A DNA stretch of 64,000 bases. Source: Octopus sinensis. Its lineage: Eukaryota. The notes beneath the pieces are model-generated. The model ran no database searches. It saw only the letters and a list, made by a program, of their open reading frames with translations, and was not told the DNA's origin. The first letter of the stretch is position 1, and every line of letters begins with the position of its first letter. The stretch spans positions 27,776,001-27,840,000 of the forward strand of contig NC_043012.1 of NCBI RefSeq assembly GCF_006345805.1, written 5' to 3'. The position numbers and the translations under genes are program-made. Positions 1 to 12,724 of this stretch are shown in pieces.

Positions 1-137
1 TGAGTTAGCTTACCATCTACTTTATGTGCTATGTGCAAACAAAGAAACCTCCCCACCAACAATGCGCTACCTGAGAACTGTGCATGATTTTTTCTATCGG
101 CAACTTAAACATCTTCCATTTATTGGAGAATCATCCA
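1..137 (+). CDS. NUP205: NUP205 internal exon (5' part outside window)
   Basis: Frame from nt 2 reads ELAYHLLYVLCANKETSPPTMRYLRTVHDFFYRQLKHLPF, matching recalled human NUP205 ELCYQVIYQLCACSDTSGPTMRYLRTSQDFLFSQLQYLPF. Donor GTAAGA at 138, phase 1. Confidence 0.93.
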
Positions 138-1079
138 GTAAGAAATTATCTTTTTATCTTGTGTGTGTGTTGTATATCTTATTAAATCTCACCTGTAAAT
201 TAATTAAAGCTGGGAGTATTTTTGTTTAGTTCATAATATGCTTGTTAGATCATAGGTTCATACACCTTGTCAGATATAGCATTGTGTTTGCAGCTGCATT
301 CTCTGTTTTGTTTGTTTGTTTGTTTTTTGTTACATTTGAAAACTTGTAGAAGACAACCTTCTTAAAAATCATATCATATTTTTCAAGAATGCTTACAGTG
401 CTTCCATGTTTAAACTGGCAAGGGAAAAAAAATTAATGTTAAATAAATATTGGATGAGATATTTTGAAATGTGAAAGATTTAGAGAATCTATTTACACTG
501 CATAGATGCTGTTTTATATTGTCATGAATGAAGCTTGTAGAATCACATCTTACATGATCACTTATAGTCAGCACATGCATCACCTAATTCAATTAATTTT
601 GTCATGATTTACTCGATATTGACTGATTTTGTTTTAGTTTGTCAATATTTTTATCGTAAGCTTTTAATGTATAACATGAAAATTTATTCTTTTCCGTATA
701 TAATTATGATTCATTGGTTAACAATACTGAGTAAATAATTTTCTGGAAACTGTAAAGGGAACAAATAAACTAATATAGCTCATTTTCCACTTTTATTACA
801 CTCAATTTTACCAATATAGGACATCACTTACAAAAATTTCTATACTGGCATGCAATTAGAAACTGAAGAAGCTCATGCAGAGGAAAGGAAAAGTCTAAAA
901 AAGATGCAATAAAGAATTGGTACTCTATAGGCCAGAAGTGAGGGTGCTTAAGAACCAAGATGGGCTCATAGTGAAGACAAAGAGAAGAGGGAAAACCTTC
1001 CACATGATAATTTTTAAATCATCAATGAAGTCCATTCTCCACTGTCTCAAATTTTGGAAAAGGTGCCACCTATTCTGGT

Positions 1080-1680
1080 TTGTGAAATTAAAAATACCCC
1101 CAAGCTGAAGAGACCAAACAAAGCCTCAGGAAAAGATGTTATGACTACAGAGATGTTAAGATGTGAAGGTGAAGAGCTTTGAGAATTCCTTGTTCTATGC
1201 TTCAGTTGCCATCTGAAGGTGGGTAAAATACCCTCGTTGTGGAAAGAGTTGATACCATCTTGCTTCATAAGAAAGGCAATAAAGAAGATTCAAGAAGCTA
1301 TTACCCCACATGCCTCTTGTCTCATCTCTATAAACTGTTTACAAAGGTTATGGTTACCAGAACATTGAGATATCTCAATGACCAGCTGCTGAGAAAGAAA
1401 ACAAGTTTCTGTAAGAACTACAGCATTGTGGATCACATATTCACTCTAACACAACATATAGAATGAGTGAAAGAATACAAGGTGCATTCCTTTGGTCCAC
1501 TACAAAAAGATTGGGAATGGCATCAAACCAAGAAATACCATCTTTTCCAAATTCTCCACTGTATGTTTAGAAATGGTCATTGGCAATAATGATTAGATGA
1601 ATAGACTGAACATCAATGGCAAGCTACTGACACACCTCCAATTCATTTCTGAAACAACAGATCAGCTGATCAGAAATGAT
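1080..1680 (+). mobile_element. Degenerate non-LTR (RTE-like) reverse transcriptase fragment
   Basis: LLHKKGNKEDSRSYYPTCLLSHLYKLFTKV...FCKNYSIVDHIFTL, i.e. RT domains 0-2. Many stops; bounds approximate. Confidence 0.75.
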
Positions 1681-2098
1681 GATGGTTGTTGTGATGAGAA
1701 ATAGACTGGACCCCCTTGTGAGAAATAGACTGGACCAAGCAATTATAAATAGTAGCAGTTGGAGTGAAGTTTGTCTGTTACAGTTGAGTTTGCAGTGAAA
1801 TTGGAAGGTTGGCTGCTATTTCATTTGGAATATTGATTGTTGGATCATTATGTCATTATTACAGCTGCATCATTATCTTGTTTATTGTTACAACACTGGT
1901 ACAATGTATCAAAACTGTCACAATATCTGAGCAGTTCTATGACACTGGAGATGGAGGATACAACATTTGGCAATGAGGGTTTTGAAGCTCACATAAGTTG
2001 TTTAACAATTTGTTCGTGATACAACTTGTTAAACGATGGAAGACCTATTAGCTTCCATAATACAATTGTAAAAGCAACAACAAGAACAGTAGCATTGG

Positions 2099-2153
2099 GC
2101 TGCAGGAGCAGCAGGCTGAGGAGCAGCAGGCTGAGGAGCAGCAGGCTGAGGAG
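2099..2153 (+). repeat. 15-bp tandem repeat (GAGGAGCAGCAGGCT) x ~3.5
   Basis: Seen directly. Confidence 0.85.
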
Positions 2154-2267
2154 AAACAAGTGCAGGACGAGTTACAGTTTGGTTCATTAGGGATTGAATG
2201 TAACATGGGTATAGAATACCTAATATGCAGAACTTTCAGGACTCAGTTTCTTTGAGTCTTCTCAAGA

Positions 2268-2410
2268 GTTTCAAATTTTGGAGATGGGGCTAAGTTGATT
2301 ATATTAACTCCAGTACTCAACTGGTACTTATTTTATTGACCCCAAGTGGATGAAAGATAAAGTCAGCCTCAATGGAATTTGATCTCAGAGGATAAAGATG
2401 GAGCAAATGA
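2268..2410 (-). mobile_element. SINE fragment with Nin/Deu-like central domain
   Basis: Reverse complement contains GACTTTATCTTTCATCC...GGGGTCAATAAAATAAGTACCAGTTGAGTACTGG, resembling the Nin/Deu SINE domain as I recall it. Confidence 0.6.
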
Positions 2411-3048
2411 CCCACCATTGCTTGTCACTACCTTACCACCAACTACAACTAGGATTTGTACCGCAAATGCCATAAATGTCTACTGTTGTGGCAGTACCAC
2501 CACCACCACAATACGAATGTAGAAGCCATTGTCACCACCACTGCTGTCAACCTACAGCAAGCCATCCACCACCACCACCTGTATCATGACATCTTTGGCT
2601 AATGACACCGTTTTTGGGGAACAACTGTGGTTATTACAATCACTGGACAAAATGGGGTCACTGCCCATTCAGCAATATAAAGTCAGGGTCTACATAAATG
2701 CACATCTCTAAAGTGTATTCTTCTGATGATGATGGGCTTCTGTGCCTGAAATATAAAGGTTTTTCAACTTCCCTCTTTGAATTGTTTAGAAGCTCTCCTC
2801 TTTTCATTTTGGTTTATTCATCTTTGTTATAAACTAGCCTTTGACCAGCATTATGATGTCTTCAGACATAGCAACTGCCAGTTAATGAAGCACATGTTGA
2901 ATAAATCTAAAAAAATTATCTTCAGACTTTTTTTATTTTTGCTTATATATATATATATAGTGTGTGTTTGCATATACTTGTGTGTATTAGTATGAGCATA
3001 TATAGATATGTGCGTGTGTATGTATATGTATAAAATTGTTTTTTTTAG

Positions 3049-3192
3049 AAAGCCCTTTGATGAACCAGCAGTCTTGGCTTTTGAAAGCTATGGCTCTAGA
3101 ATTGCGCCTGACATCCATGAACAGACATCGCTCCCACACTCAGCGCTTAATGAAATTACTGCTTGAAGATGTTGATGTTGATCACATTTCAG
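3049..3192 (+). CDS. NUP205: NUP205 exon
   Basis: Acceptor TTTTTTAG, donor GTAAGT. KSPLMNQQSWLLKAMALELRLTSMNRHRSHTQRLMKLLL vs human NQMSWLMKTASIELRVTSLNRQRSHTQRLLHLLL. Phase 1-1. Confidence 0.95.
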
Positions 3193-3844
3193 GTAAGTTC
3201 TTTGAATCATTTAATCAAGTGTAATGATTTTGAACATTTCTGTAATGTGACTAGCATTCCAGATTTTTACTTGCTTAAATGTGCTACTAAATAATACACC
3301 TGATCATATTTCTGATTGTTTACTGAAATAAAATTGCCAACATAGTGAAAACAGTCAATACTTGAATTTAATATTACCCCTGAGCATTGTTTCATTGATC
3401 ATAGATGTATTGCTTCTCAGAATTATAGGGAATTTGTATGTCACTCACACTAATGTTTTGCTTATTTATGTGTAAGTAGAAACTCACAGTACGAGTGCAC
3501 CATTGTACAAGTAATTTACTGTACAAGCTAAGTCTAATGTGAATTTTTGTCTTGAAGTACAAGTGGAAATTGGCAGTACAAGTGAGTGAAAAATGGATGT
3601 AATCCTGGTATTCTATTGATTTGATGAGCTAGCCTTCTATACCTGCATTATCTTGGTAAAATGTACAATAGTACTAGGTAATTTATAACATATGCACTAG
3701 TGGACATTGTAAAACAATTCGTTATACACTAAAATGAATTATTTCTCAATGATGTTGGTTATGAATGCATTCATCTCATGCCTCCTGACTCTCTTTATAT
3801 TCTATATATGTATGTGTGTGTATGTATGCACACAGGCACACACA

Positions 3845-3995
3845 ACGGGCTTCTTTCAGTTTCAGTCTGTGAAATCCACTCACAAGGCTTTGGTTAGCCT
3901 GAGGCTATAGTAGAAGACACTTGCCCATAGTGCCATGCAGTGGGACTTAACTTGGAACCATATGGTTGGGAAGCAAACTTCTTACCACAGTCATT
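3845..3995 (-). mobile_element. tRNA-derived SINE, 5' part
   Basis: Reverse complement has a tRNA-like head (TGTGGTAAG...GGTTCCAAGTTAAGTCCC) then GGGCAAGTGTCTTCTACTATAGCC. Similar to the copy at 15893-16045. Confidence 0.75.
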
Positions 3996-4959
3996 CTCAC
4001 ACCCATATATTGTTGAATATTTCTTCTTTATGAGCATTAACTTTAAAGCTGATGCTTTCTGCACACGTGTGCATTATTATTGACTTTGACACGTGAATGC
4101 ATTTAACCTTCCATATGTAAAAAGCGAGTTTCTCTCAAATCATACCACTCTTTTTTTTACAAAAAGAGAAAATGGAAAAGCTCACTGATAATACAATGCC
4201 CGAAAAAACATGTTGGTCAAAACTGGAATCCTTTTGATCCTAAATCTTCTCAATAAAGGCTGATTTGGAGGTAGCAACAACTTCAAAATAGTTACAACTT
4301 ATCATCTCTCAAAATAATAACCCTTCCTCTAATTTCACATTAATGAATGTCTCAACAATCCTTGCTAACTAATTCGATTTTATTTCTCATCACACTTTCT
4401 TTTGTACTTTGGGCCTTTTTTATTTTAGCTAATCACCTCAAACAATTCACGCAGCTGATACACCTCTTCAACCCTCATGACTACACATTTATAACATAAC
4501 CAAAACAATACCCCAAAAGCCAAACTCTCTAGAAAGTTTGTTAATAAAAACACTGTTATCAACAAAGACTGACTTCAGCTGTGTCAGTCACTAAAAATGG
4601 TTGGTAAAGTTACCTGTTAATGGACTTCATTTTAAATGAGTCTGACAACTCATTGCTTTCACCAACACTTTATTTACGTAGATTGAAACAATGACAAAAT
4701 GGGTCTTCAGTATACTTGAAATGTGAAGGAAAAGATGATGGATAATGAAACACATGATGTATGGCTAATTGAATGTAATGTAATAAATGATAATATATAT
4801 GTGTGTTTAGTTATAATCCTCTATGGCCTTCCAAAATTTTTGGAGGGAAGGAAAGAAGACTGATAATATGTTGTAAATGGTTTAAGAAAATAGGATAATT
4901 AACATGAGAGACAGTTAATTAATATTGATGGTGTTATGATCAAGGAGCAATGTGTCAGT

Positions 4960-6010
4960 TGTGCATCAGGCTTTGCCAGTTGGGCGAAGCTATGAACGGG
5001 GCAATTGCTGGAAGTGGGATCAGTTGCATCAAACAAGGGCCACTCTTGGAGGCCAGGGGTGATGTGTGATCATAAGGCTTGAAGGGCTCTTGTGGTACAA
5101 CCATTGGTGGCACAGCCTGAGGTAGGTGAGGCAGTAAAGGCAGGGAAGTTGGTGTGGTTCTTGGGGTAGGTGGTGAAACACATTTGTGTCACCCTGATGC
5201 ATTGAGTGTAATGCCTGGAGGACCTGCATGTGAAGGGCGGTAAGTACGACAACCCTGAAGCTAGTAGTTCATTGAAGCTAGTAGTTCATCACAAAACTAG
5301 TAGTAATGCCGCAGCTCTGGTGGGACTTTGGAACAGTCTTCTAGGAAGCTGTATTCAATTGCATCCGTGAGTTTGGTCATGCTTGGGTTGCTAGTAGTAG
5401 TAGTAGTAGTGTGGACCATGTCCCATGTTACAGATTGGACAGTCTCAGTGACCGTTGAAATGTAGTTGTTGTGAGAGCATGTTGCAGTGTTGTCATCTCC
5501 GGTAGAGCAGATGGTTGCTAGGAAAGACTATGGCTGAGCAGCTCTGTTGGATGGGTCATGACAGCAACATCGTCTGGGGTGGGGTCTGGTAGTATGGGCT
5601 AGCCAACATGGTGGCTTGAGACAGCGTTAGCTGTTGCATGCCGAGCACCTGGTACATGAACAATGCTGAAGTTATGCCACAGGATTTTTTTCTTTCAGGT
5701 TGCACAATTGAGGGTTCAGGATGTTGTCCAGGCAGCAATCACCAAATACTTTCAAGAGAGGTTTACGATCAACTGTAACAATGAGCCAAGGGTGAAATGG
5801 TGTCCAATGCAGCGGTCACTGCCAGTGCTTTCCCCTCTACTGGTGCATAACGAGATTCTATCACTCAAGTAAAGCTGCTCCCAACCAGGGTGATTTTCCA
5901 GCCAGATTTGCAGCAAAAGAGGCAGAGGAAGGGCATGCGCTATGTGTTTGGAACAGCCAGAAGCGCAATGCCATCTTTGCTCCAGTCAGTGGCAAGACAA
6001 ATCAGCTTGG
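4960..6010 (-). mobile_element. Degenerate Ty3/Gypsy pol fragment (RNase H to integrase Zn finger)
   Basis: Minus-strand frames give ATDWSKDGI, ESRYAPVEGKALAV, VDRKPLLKVFGD, IVHVPGARHAAANAVS and VLQALHSMHQG. Bounds approximate. Confidence 0.8.
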
Positions 6011-6945
6011 TTTTGTCAGAGATCTCCACACCTCTTTAGATTTCAAACAGAACCAATTCAGCTGGTCTGTCCATACATACCGGGAGCCTGGCTTGAAGAG
6101 TTCCTGGAACTTCCACGAGATTTTGAGCTCTCATAAGGAGGCGAGTGTAGGTTCCATCCAACCGCCTCTCAAGCTTCTTTGATAACGTCCAGGTTTCTGA
6201 GCCATATAGTAGAATTGGTTCGACTGTGGCTTTGAAAATTTCAAGTTTGAAGTCTCTACCTAGATTTGATGATCAGATCTTATGCATGTCATTACAGGCT
6301 GACTAGGCCATACCCTTTCTAGTTAGAAAGTCTTTTCCAGATGATGATATGTATGACCCAAGATATTTGTAATCAGAAACCATATTTAAGGGCGCATTGT
6401 TGAGAGTATGGATGATGCAATCACTGTTGGACAGGCACTTGTTTATGTATTCAGTCTTGGCCTCATTGAGGTAAAGACCTACACAATTTGAGGTTTGTTC
6501 AAGAGATTGTAAAAGAGACTGGGCATTGGAGAGAGAATCACTGATAAGAGCAATGTCGTCAGCAAAGTCAGTGTCTGTCAAGTACTCAGCTGGGTGTCTG
6601 GAACTTCTTCTTGGTTTTATTTCAAAGCCCTTGCCAGAGATGGTATCAACTGACATACGTAGAACATAGTCAACGACAATGATGAAAAGAAATGGGGCGA
6701 GTGTGTCTCCCTGCAATATTCCGGCTTTGATTGAGAAAGATGATGTTTCTCCTTCAGGGGTTAAGATGGTTGAAAACGTATCTGTGTAGAGGACCTTGAT
6801 GGCAGAAATGATTTTGTCTGGTATCCCATAGAGCTTAAGGATTTCAAACATCTTGTACCTATCTACAGAGTCGAACGCTTTAGAAAAGTCTACAAATATC
6901 ATTGCAAGATCGCGATTAAATGCTTTTGATTCTTCAATAAGTCTG
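6010..6945 (-). mobile_element. LINE (RTE-like) RT core fragment
   Basis: FVDFSKAFDSV, GILQGDTLAPFLF, DFADDIALI, YKYLGS in ORF 6303-7100. The N-terminal part of that ORF is SINE/flank sequence. Confidence 0.9.
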
Positions 6946-7515
6946 GAACCATATGGTTGGGAAGCAAACTTTTTGCTCCACAATAGTCTGTCCATATATG
7001 TGTTATTTACATTCTTAAATGAATCTTGACTTCCATCAACTCGTATTTTGAAAACATTTACCATACTAGCACTAATTTTTCTTTTCATGAATACATACAA
7101 ATAAAACCTTCAAACTTGCTACAAATCCTGAGCCTTACTATTTCAGATAATTTTCATGTTGTGTCACAATTTATGCATGACCTGAGGATTAAAATGGGAA
7201 TTCTATTTGAGAGGCAATCTTTTCCCCTTCTTTGTGTTCATGGTGCACACATTTGCTTGCCAAATTCTTTTTAAAAGTGTTACACTTTTGCTGTATTTTC
7301 TGTGTATATGTTTTCTCTGTATACCTATATAGCTAATATTATTCAGGTTCAATGATCATTTACAAATAATTTACAATTTTGTATTTCAAATAGCTTTTGG
7401 CTATTTTTATCCTTATCGTTTTTCTTTGAGAAGTAAGAAAAACTTGTTTTCCTTGCTCTCTAAGTGGCTTTTTGTTAAGCAATATTCTTAATATAATTTT
7501 ATTTATGATTCTTAG

Positions 7516-7620
7516 TGACACAGGCGTATGGAGCAGAAGAAAATGATTATAGCACTTATGGAGGAAAAGAAGCTTCTCTATCGCAGTATCCAACAATTCC
7601 TTCGAGCTGTTTCATGACTG
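7516..7620 (+). CDS. NUP205: Probable NUP205 exon (poorly conserved linker)
   Basis: Acceptor TTCTTAG, donor GTTTGT. 105 nt, stop-free, phase 1-1 (VTQAYGAEENDYSTYGGKEASLSQYPTIPSSCFMT). Occupies the position of the variable human linker before VRRKIL; sequence similarity is weak. Confidence 0.65.
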
Positions 7621-7679
7621 GTTTGTATCTGTTTTTCTTTGCTGACCTTTTTTCATGATGATGATAATGTTGACAACAA

Positions 7680-8830
7680 CAATTGACATCAAACATCCAT
7701 CTTCCATGCTGGTGTGGGTCAGAAGCTTTCTGGCAAGTCTCGGGTTGTGCTAAACTCCAACGCCAGGCTTGGCATGTTTTCTATGATAGGACACCCTTTC
7801 TAATGCCAACTCTCTTATAGCTTGTACGGGGTGCTTTTATCATGCACCAGCATTAATGAGGTTGCCAAGTAATTTGCAAGACAGAAAAAGCCCTAAAGAA
7901 GGTATGAAGCCCTCAGGGTATTAGGGAGGGTGTGTTGTAACTGGGGAAAAGATGAAGATGGTGGTGAGCAAACTCAAAATACAAAAAGAGGATACAGTCA
8001 GTGAATCAGGTGGGGTTGGGTAGTTTCATAAGAATGTGAGAGGAAAAATGGAGGTAGAGGTGAATGTATTGAGTGATGAGCAAGGGTGGAGGCCAGTTGA
8101 TGGGAAATATCAATATGGAGAGAGCTAAGTTGAGAGAGAAATCTGCAGCTTAGGAAGGTAAATGAGTGGGAGCAATGGAGAGGGAGGTGTGGAGTTATAT
8201 ATGGGTGTCTGATGTGGGTGAGGCATGATGATGGTGGATATGGGAAGATGTTGAGAATGAGAAGTTATGAGGAGTATGGCAGAGGAGAGTGGTTATGTGA
8301 AGGCAAGGAAGAAGATGACTAGTGAGAGTAGTGTGGGAAGGGAGGATAATGAGAATAAGAGATGGAAGGTTCTAAGAGGTTAGTGGTGGTGCAGAGGATG
8401 AAGAATAATAGAAGTTGAGTCTGCTCTCAAGTGATTTTAGCTGCTGAGTATTGCCATAGGATGAGGACTGGTGGAAGGCTGGGTGTCAGGGGAATGAGGT
8501 GCGGTGGTAGAGTGTTTGATGGGTTTGCAAGTTTACGCAGAATGTATTTAGGTTGTTGTTTTTGCTGTGAGTTTTCTTGAGCAGATTTCCAATCATCTTG
8601 ATCCTTTGTTATCTCCACTGTGAGGCTCAGCATCATGTGCTCTACCTTTGTTTCCACAACCCATGCCTTCCTGGGTCTCCTTTTCTACAAGTTTCATCCA
8701 CTTCAAACAACCAGCATTTCTTTACACAGCTGTGCTCATCCAATGCATTACATGACCAAACATTTGCATCACAGAACTCCAGTATCCTTGTGGATACATA
8801 TTCATGCAATATGTGTTGAATGGATTGAAA
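7680..8830 (-). mobile_element. RTE-family 3' end (ORF2 C-terminus, 3' UTR, tail)
   Basis: DEHSCVKKCWLFEVDETCRKGDPG resembles 52770-52850. Tail motif CCCTTTCTAATGCCAAC is shared with other copies in the window. Confidence 0.65.
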
Positions 8831-9210
8831 ACATATGAACAAATTACTCAAATACATGTTGGGATAAGACAAACTGAATAGGAAAGAATGTAATTTTCAG
8901 CTCTTCTTAATTTTGCAGCAGGTATGTTTATATAGTTGCAACAGGTATGGTTTTGTTATTCTCATTATACCCACAGTTTCTTGTTCACTTTCATTATAAT
9001 TTTTGTATGATAATGCGGTTACTATTTCAGTCTAAATTCATTGTTCTTCTTACTGTTAAACTTAATTAAATGATTTAAATGTTTTCACATTTTGAATATT
9101 CCAGTTCGAAAATGCCATATTTATGAACAGTTCTAAGTAATTCATTGAAATATCCACATATTTTAAATCCCTAATTTTAGTTCTCAGAACTTTTTCTCTT
9201 TTCTTTTCAG

Positions 9211-9458
9211 GTACTCAGACAAGACGCAAAATTTTACGCATATTAGACTCTTTAGATTTCACTCAAGCCTGCCCTCAACGTTGTCCACTTCAATTTTTTG
9301 AAGAAAATTTGATTGAAGATGTCATAAAATCATGTTGCAAAAGGCCTAAAAATGGACCAGCAATATGTGATGTCAAAGCCTTGCGCCGAGTTCTTATTGG
9401 AGAAATTAGCAACTTACAGGGCACAACTCTGGCAGGACAAAGGAGTTTAATTTTAAGG
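9211..9458 (+). CDS. NUP205: NUP205 exon
   Basis: Strong polypyrimidine+CAG acceptor, donor GTCAGT. TQTRRKILRILDSLDFTQ...CDVKALRRVLIGEISNLQGTTLAGQRSLILR vs human RRKILNILDSIDFSQ...CNVKLLHRVLVAEVNALQG. Confidence 0.95.
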
Positions 9459-9755
9459 GTCAGTGCTGAATTTTTTAAAATCAGTTATAACATTTGTTGT
9501 ATGTAGTCCAGTGAGTATAAATATGTCAGTGACGTAATGAATAAGATGTTAAAATACAGCTTTGCAAATACTCATACACACAGACACATATATTGCACGT
9601 TTATATGTATGAATGTTAGTGTGTATTTATGCAGGGAATTTTATGAAATTCTCTATTTTATTTAATGTTCTCAGTTTTGCTTGCCAGTTATGTTTGTCTA
9701 TGTGTATATGCACCATTATGTGTCTAAATATATTCATTACCCATTTATTTCTCAG

Positions 9756-9947
9756 GAAGTTGAAATCATCTTGGAACAGGTGGTCTCCAGCAATGCAGTA
9801 TATCAAAGTCTGTACTCCAAGTATGTAGCTTTTGAGGCTTGGCGTCAGGTGACTGAAGTTTTGGTAACTGCTTGTACTCCTGATTTATTGGACAAAGAGA
9901 GTCAACATACTCTTTTGTTTGAATTATTGCAAGACCTTCTCATTAAG
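9756..9947 (+). CDS. NUP205: NUP205 exon
   Basis: CAG/GTAAAG, 192 nt, phase 0-0. AFEAWRQVTEVLVTACTPDLL...ELLQDLLIK vs human ALESWRQLVEIILTACPQDLI...DILQDVHDK. Confidence 0.95.
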
Positions 9948-10409
9948 GTAAAGATACTATTGATATTATGTTCATTGTTACCTTACTTCATGCTCTCTAT
10001 TATTGCATTCATTGGTTAGCATTTGGAAGGGCCTCCAGCCTTAGAAACCATGGAGCTCAGGCAGTTCTTCAGCTGTCCAGCTCCTATCAAACTCTCCAAC
10101 CCATGCCAACATGGAAAACAGACATTAGATGATGATGATTGTCATCATTAACTTTTAAGTCCTATTATTTCTGTCTCCTTCCAACTTTTTTTTCATTTTA
10201 GGAAAAATTTGTAGAAATTGTTGTGTATCTATTTTGTAGTCAAAGAAGATTTTCGATACATTTGCAAATAATGTTTCCTGATGCTTAAATTTTATCAATT
10301 TCGTCTTAAGATGTGCAGATTAAATACTCTTTTGTAACCAACCTGTTGGAAACGGCTTGATAATTTTCCTGCTTTATTTTTACCAACCCACTCAGAACTG
10401 CCCAAGATA

Positions 10410-10895
10410 TGAGGTGGTATCAAAAAATTCCTGGACTATTTCATGAGGTAGTGTGCCAAATGGCATCGCTGTATTTACTTCACAAGTTGTGAATTTTTTT
10501 TTTTACGATCATATGTATGCTATACACTGTGATTTTGTCATGGACAGGAACAAAGCGCTAACATGAAATTTTGCATTAAACTTCTGAAGTTTGCTACAGA
10601 GGCTTTGGGCATTCTTTGGTAAGCTTATGGTGACAAGGCAATGATTTATACACAATGTTTTGAGTGGCATGGGTGCTTCAAGTGCAGAAGAACATCTCTG
10701 GAAGACATGCCATGAGCATCACCCCTGGAAATGTGGTATTATGCATTGAGGCTTCGTCCCCCAGTACCAGACTGTCAATTGAGAGTTTTACTAGGATGTT
10801 TTGAAGTGTTTGTGGGAAGACATTCGGCAAAAGCAACAATATCTCTGTAGCACAAACAATTGGTTTCTTTACAACAATGTTGCACCCTGTCACTA
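10410..10895 (+). mobile_element. Internally deleted mariner relic
   Basis: TIR-like GAGGTGGTATCAAAAAATTCCTGGACTA. Degenerate transposase N-terminus (MKFCIKL..QAYGDKA..CFEWHG). Homologous to 22691-25411. Confidence 0.8.
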
Positions 10896-10929
10896 GATGT
10901 GGAAATATCCCTTGTACAGAAATGTGTTT

Positions 10930-11145
10930 AAGCATTTAAACCGGCCATATCCGACCAGATGTATTCTGCCTGTTTTATGTTCAAACTGGCCAGATCTGGT
11001 CTCTCACACCAACCTTACAATATTGTTTTAAAAATTAACAGCTACCTCGTCAAAATCTTATAGCTACAAGATAATGCATGATTAGTTCAAAACAATGTGG
11101 ATAAAAAAGGATTAATTTTGGCAGAATAATGTGAATACTAAAGGG
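10930..11145. mobile_element. piggyBac-type MITE (partial)
   Basis: Ends CTAAAGGG-TTAA. Homologous in reverse to 27524-28059 and about 34390-34580. Confidence 0.65.
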
Positions 11146-12161
11146 TTAACCCACGAAGATGCATCTATAGGCCTATTTAAACATGCCTTTGTATACATAT
11201 AGATATATACACTGGACTGTGTATATCCCTTTCAGAGACTGGTAGCTGGCAATCTAACAAGTACTAATTGATGCATACAAAAGTAGCATAGTGGGACAGT
11301 ACAGGAATTAAAAAACAAAACCTTAGAAAAGCATCAAAAGATAATAATCAAACTTTATGGTTCCTTGCTTTCAAATTAATGATAAATGATCTAGAGTAAA
11401 GGTGAAAGCATAGAACTTAGGATAACTGATAGATCATCACTATCTCCATTTTAATCTAAACAGTACTATCTTCTAACAGAACCTGATTATCATGACCAAG
11501 AGTTGTAGGTGGAGACACCACCCTTAACTTGAATATTATATTCTCTACCCTCTTCTTATGTTATTTTGAATTAAAAGTGTTGGACTGACCCTTTTTGTTT
11601 TAATTTTGTCCACGTTTGTTCCTTCATAAGACACACCCACCAGTTGATGGATAGGTATGACCTTTTTGATATGTTTTTTTAAAGTTTCTGTGTTCCTTTA
11701 TCTGTGACTATTGCAAGAATTGCTTAATGATTGAATAGAATGATTTAACTAGTGTGTACTAAATACTTCAGTAAAATACTAAAGTCAGTAGATCTGGTTT
11801 ACAGAAACAAAAAATTTAACATCTAAGGAAGCACCCACGTTGAAATGGAGTTGAAAAAATTTCAAATTCATAAGTATTAAGAGTAATCTTAACTAAAATC
11901 TTTTGAATATGGAAAATTGTTACCTAATAAATATGTAGGGGTGCAGAAACATGTTGTGATGCATTAATAAAGCCTATGAATTTCCATCCAAAAAATATTA
12001 CTGTTATTATTATATTTATTCTAAGCTGAAAGGAGTTCCACACTGTATAACCATATCATTAAATTACCATGATAGATGGAATTAACAGGCAGTAGTGGAT
12101 GAGAAGCACAGGAGCTTTTAAGAGCACATTCTGGGGCTTTTGTCCAAACAAAACTAAACAG

Positions 12162-12234
<73 letters not shown>
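12162..12234. repeat. (TA)n microsatellite
   Basis: Seen directly. Another (TA)n lies at about 27194-27239. Confidence 0.95.
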
Positions 12235-12235
<1 letters not shown>

Positions 12236-12724
12236 ACAGGCTAAATGTTGTGATTATTGTCTCAGAGAAGGCTGGTAAATGAGAGAATGAAGTTGAACAA
12301 AGATCAATAGAATGAAGGTGGCAATAATAGTAACTAATAATACAATGATAATAATTCACAGTACATGCAAAAACCATTGATATGCAAGCTTGTCATTAGC
12401 AATAAAGATTGTAAAAGTAATATTAAATTATGCTGGTGATCAATATATCAGTAAGCTTGAAATACAAATAGAGATAAGGTGATGGGTGTAGTCGAGAACT
12501 GAATTCCTATATTAGTGATAATGCTTGAAAAAAAGCTGTTGATTGAAGTCTTTTACAGTGAGAAATGTAAGATGACTGAACTTAGTGTAAAAGCCAAGAA
12601 GGAATGAGCAGTAGGAAGAAAGAGAGATGTGAATGGCTAAAGAGTAAATGTTGAAGGCATTTAAAAGAATAAAAATATAGATACATGTACTTACACATAG
12701 ATACATATACATACATAGATATAT

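Noticed and set aside
3845-3995. tRNA gene
   Set aside because: Only a degenerate tRNA-like SINE head followed by SINE body; no full cloverleaf.
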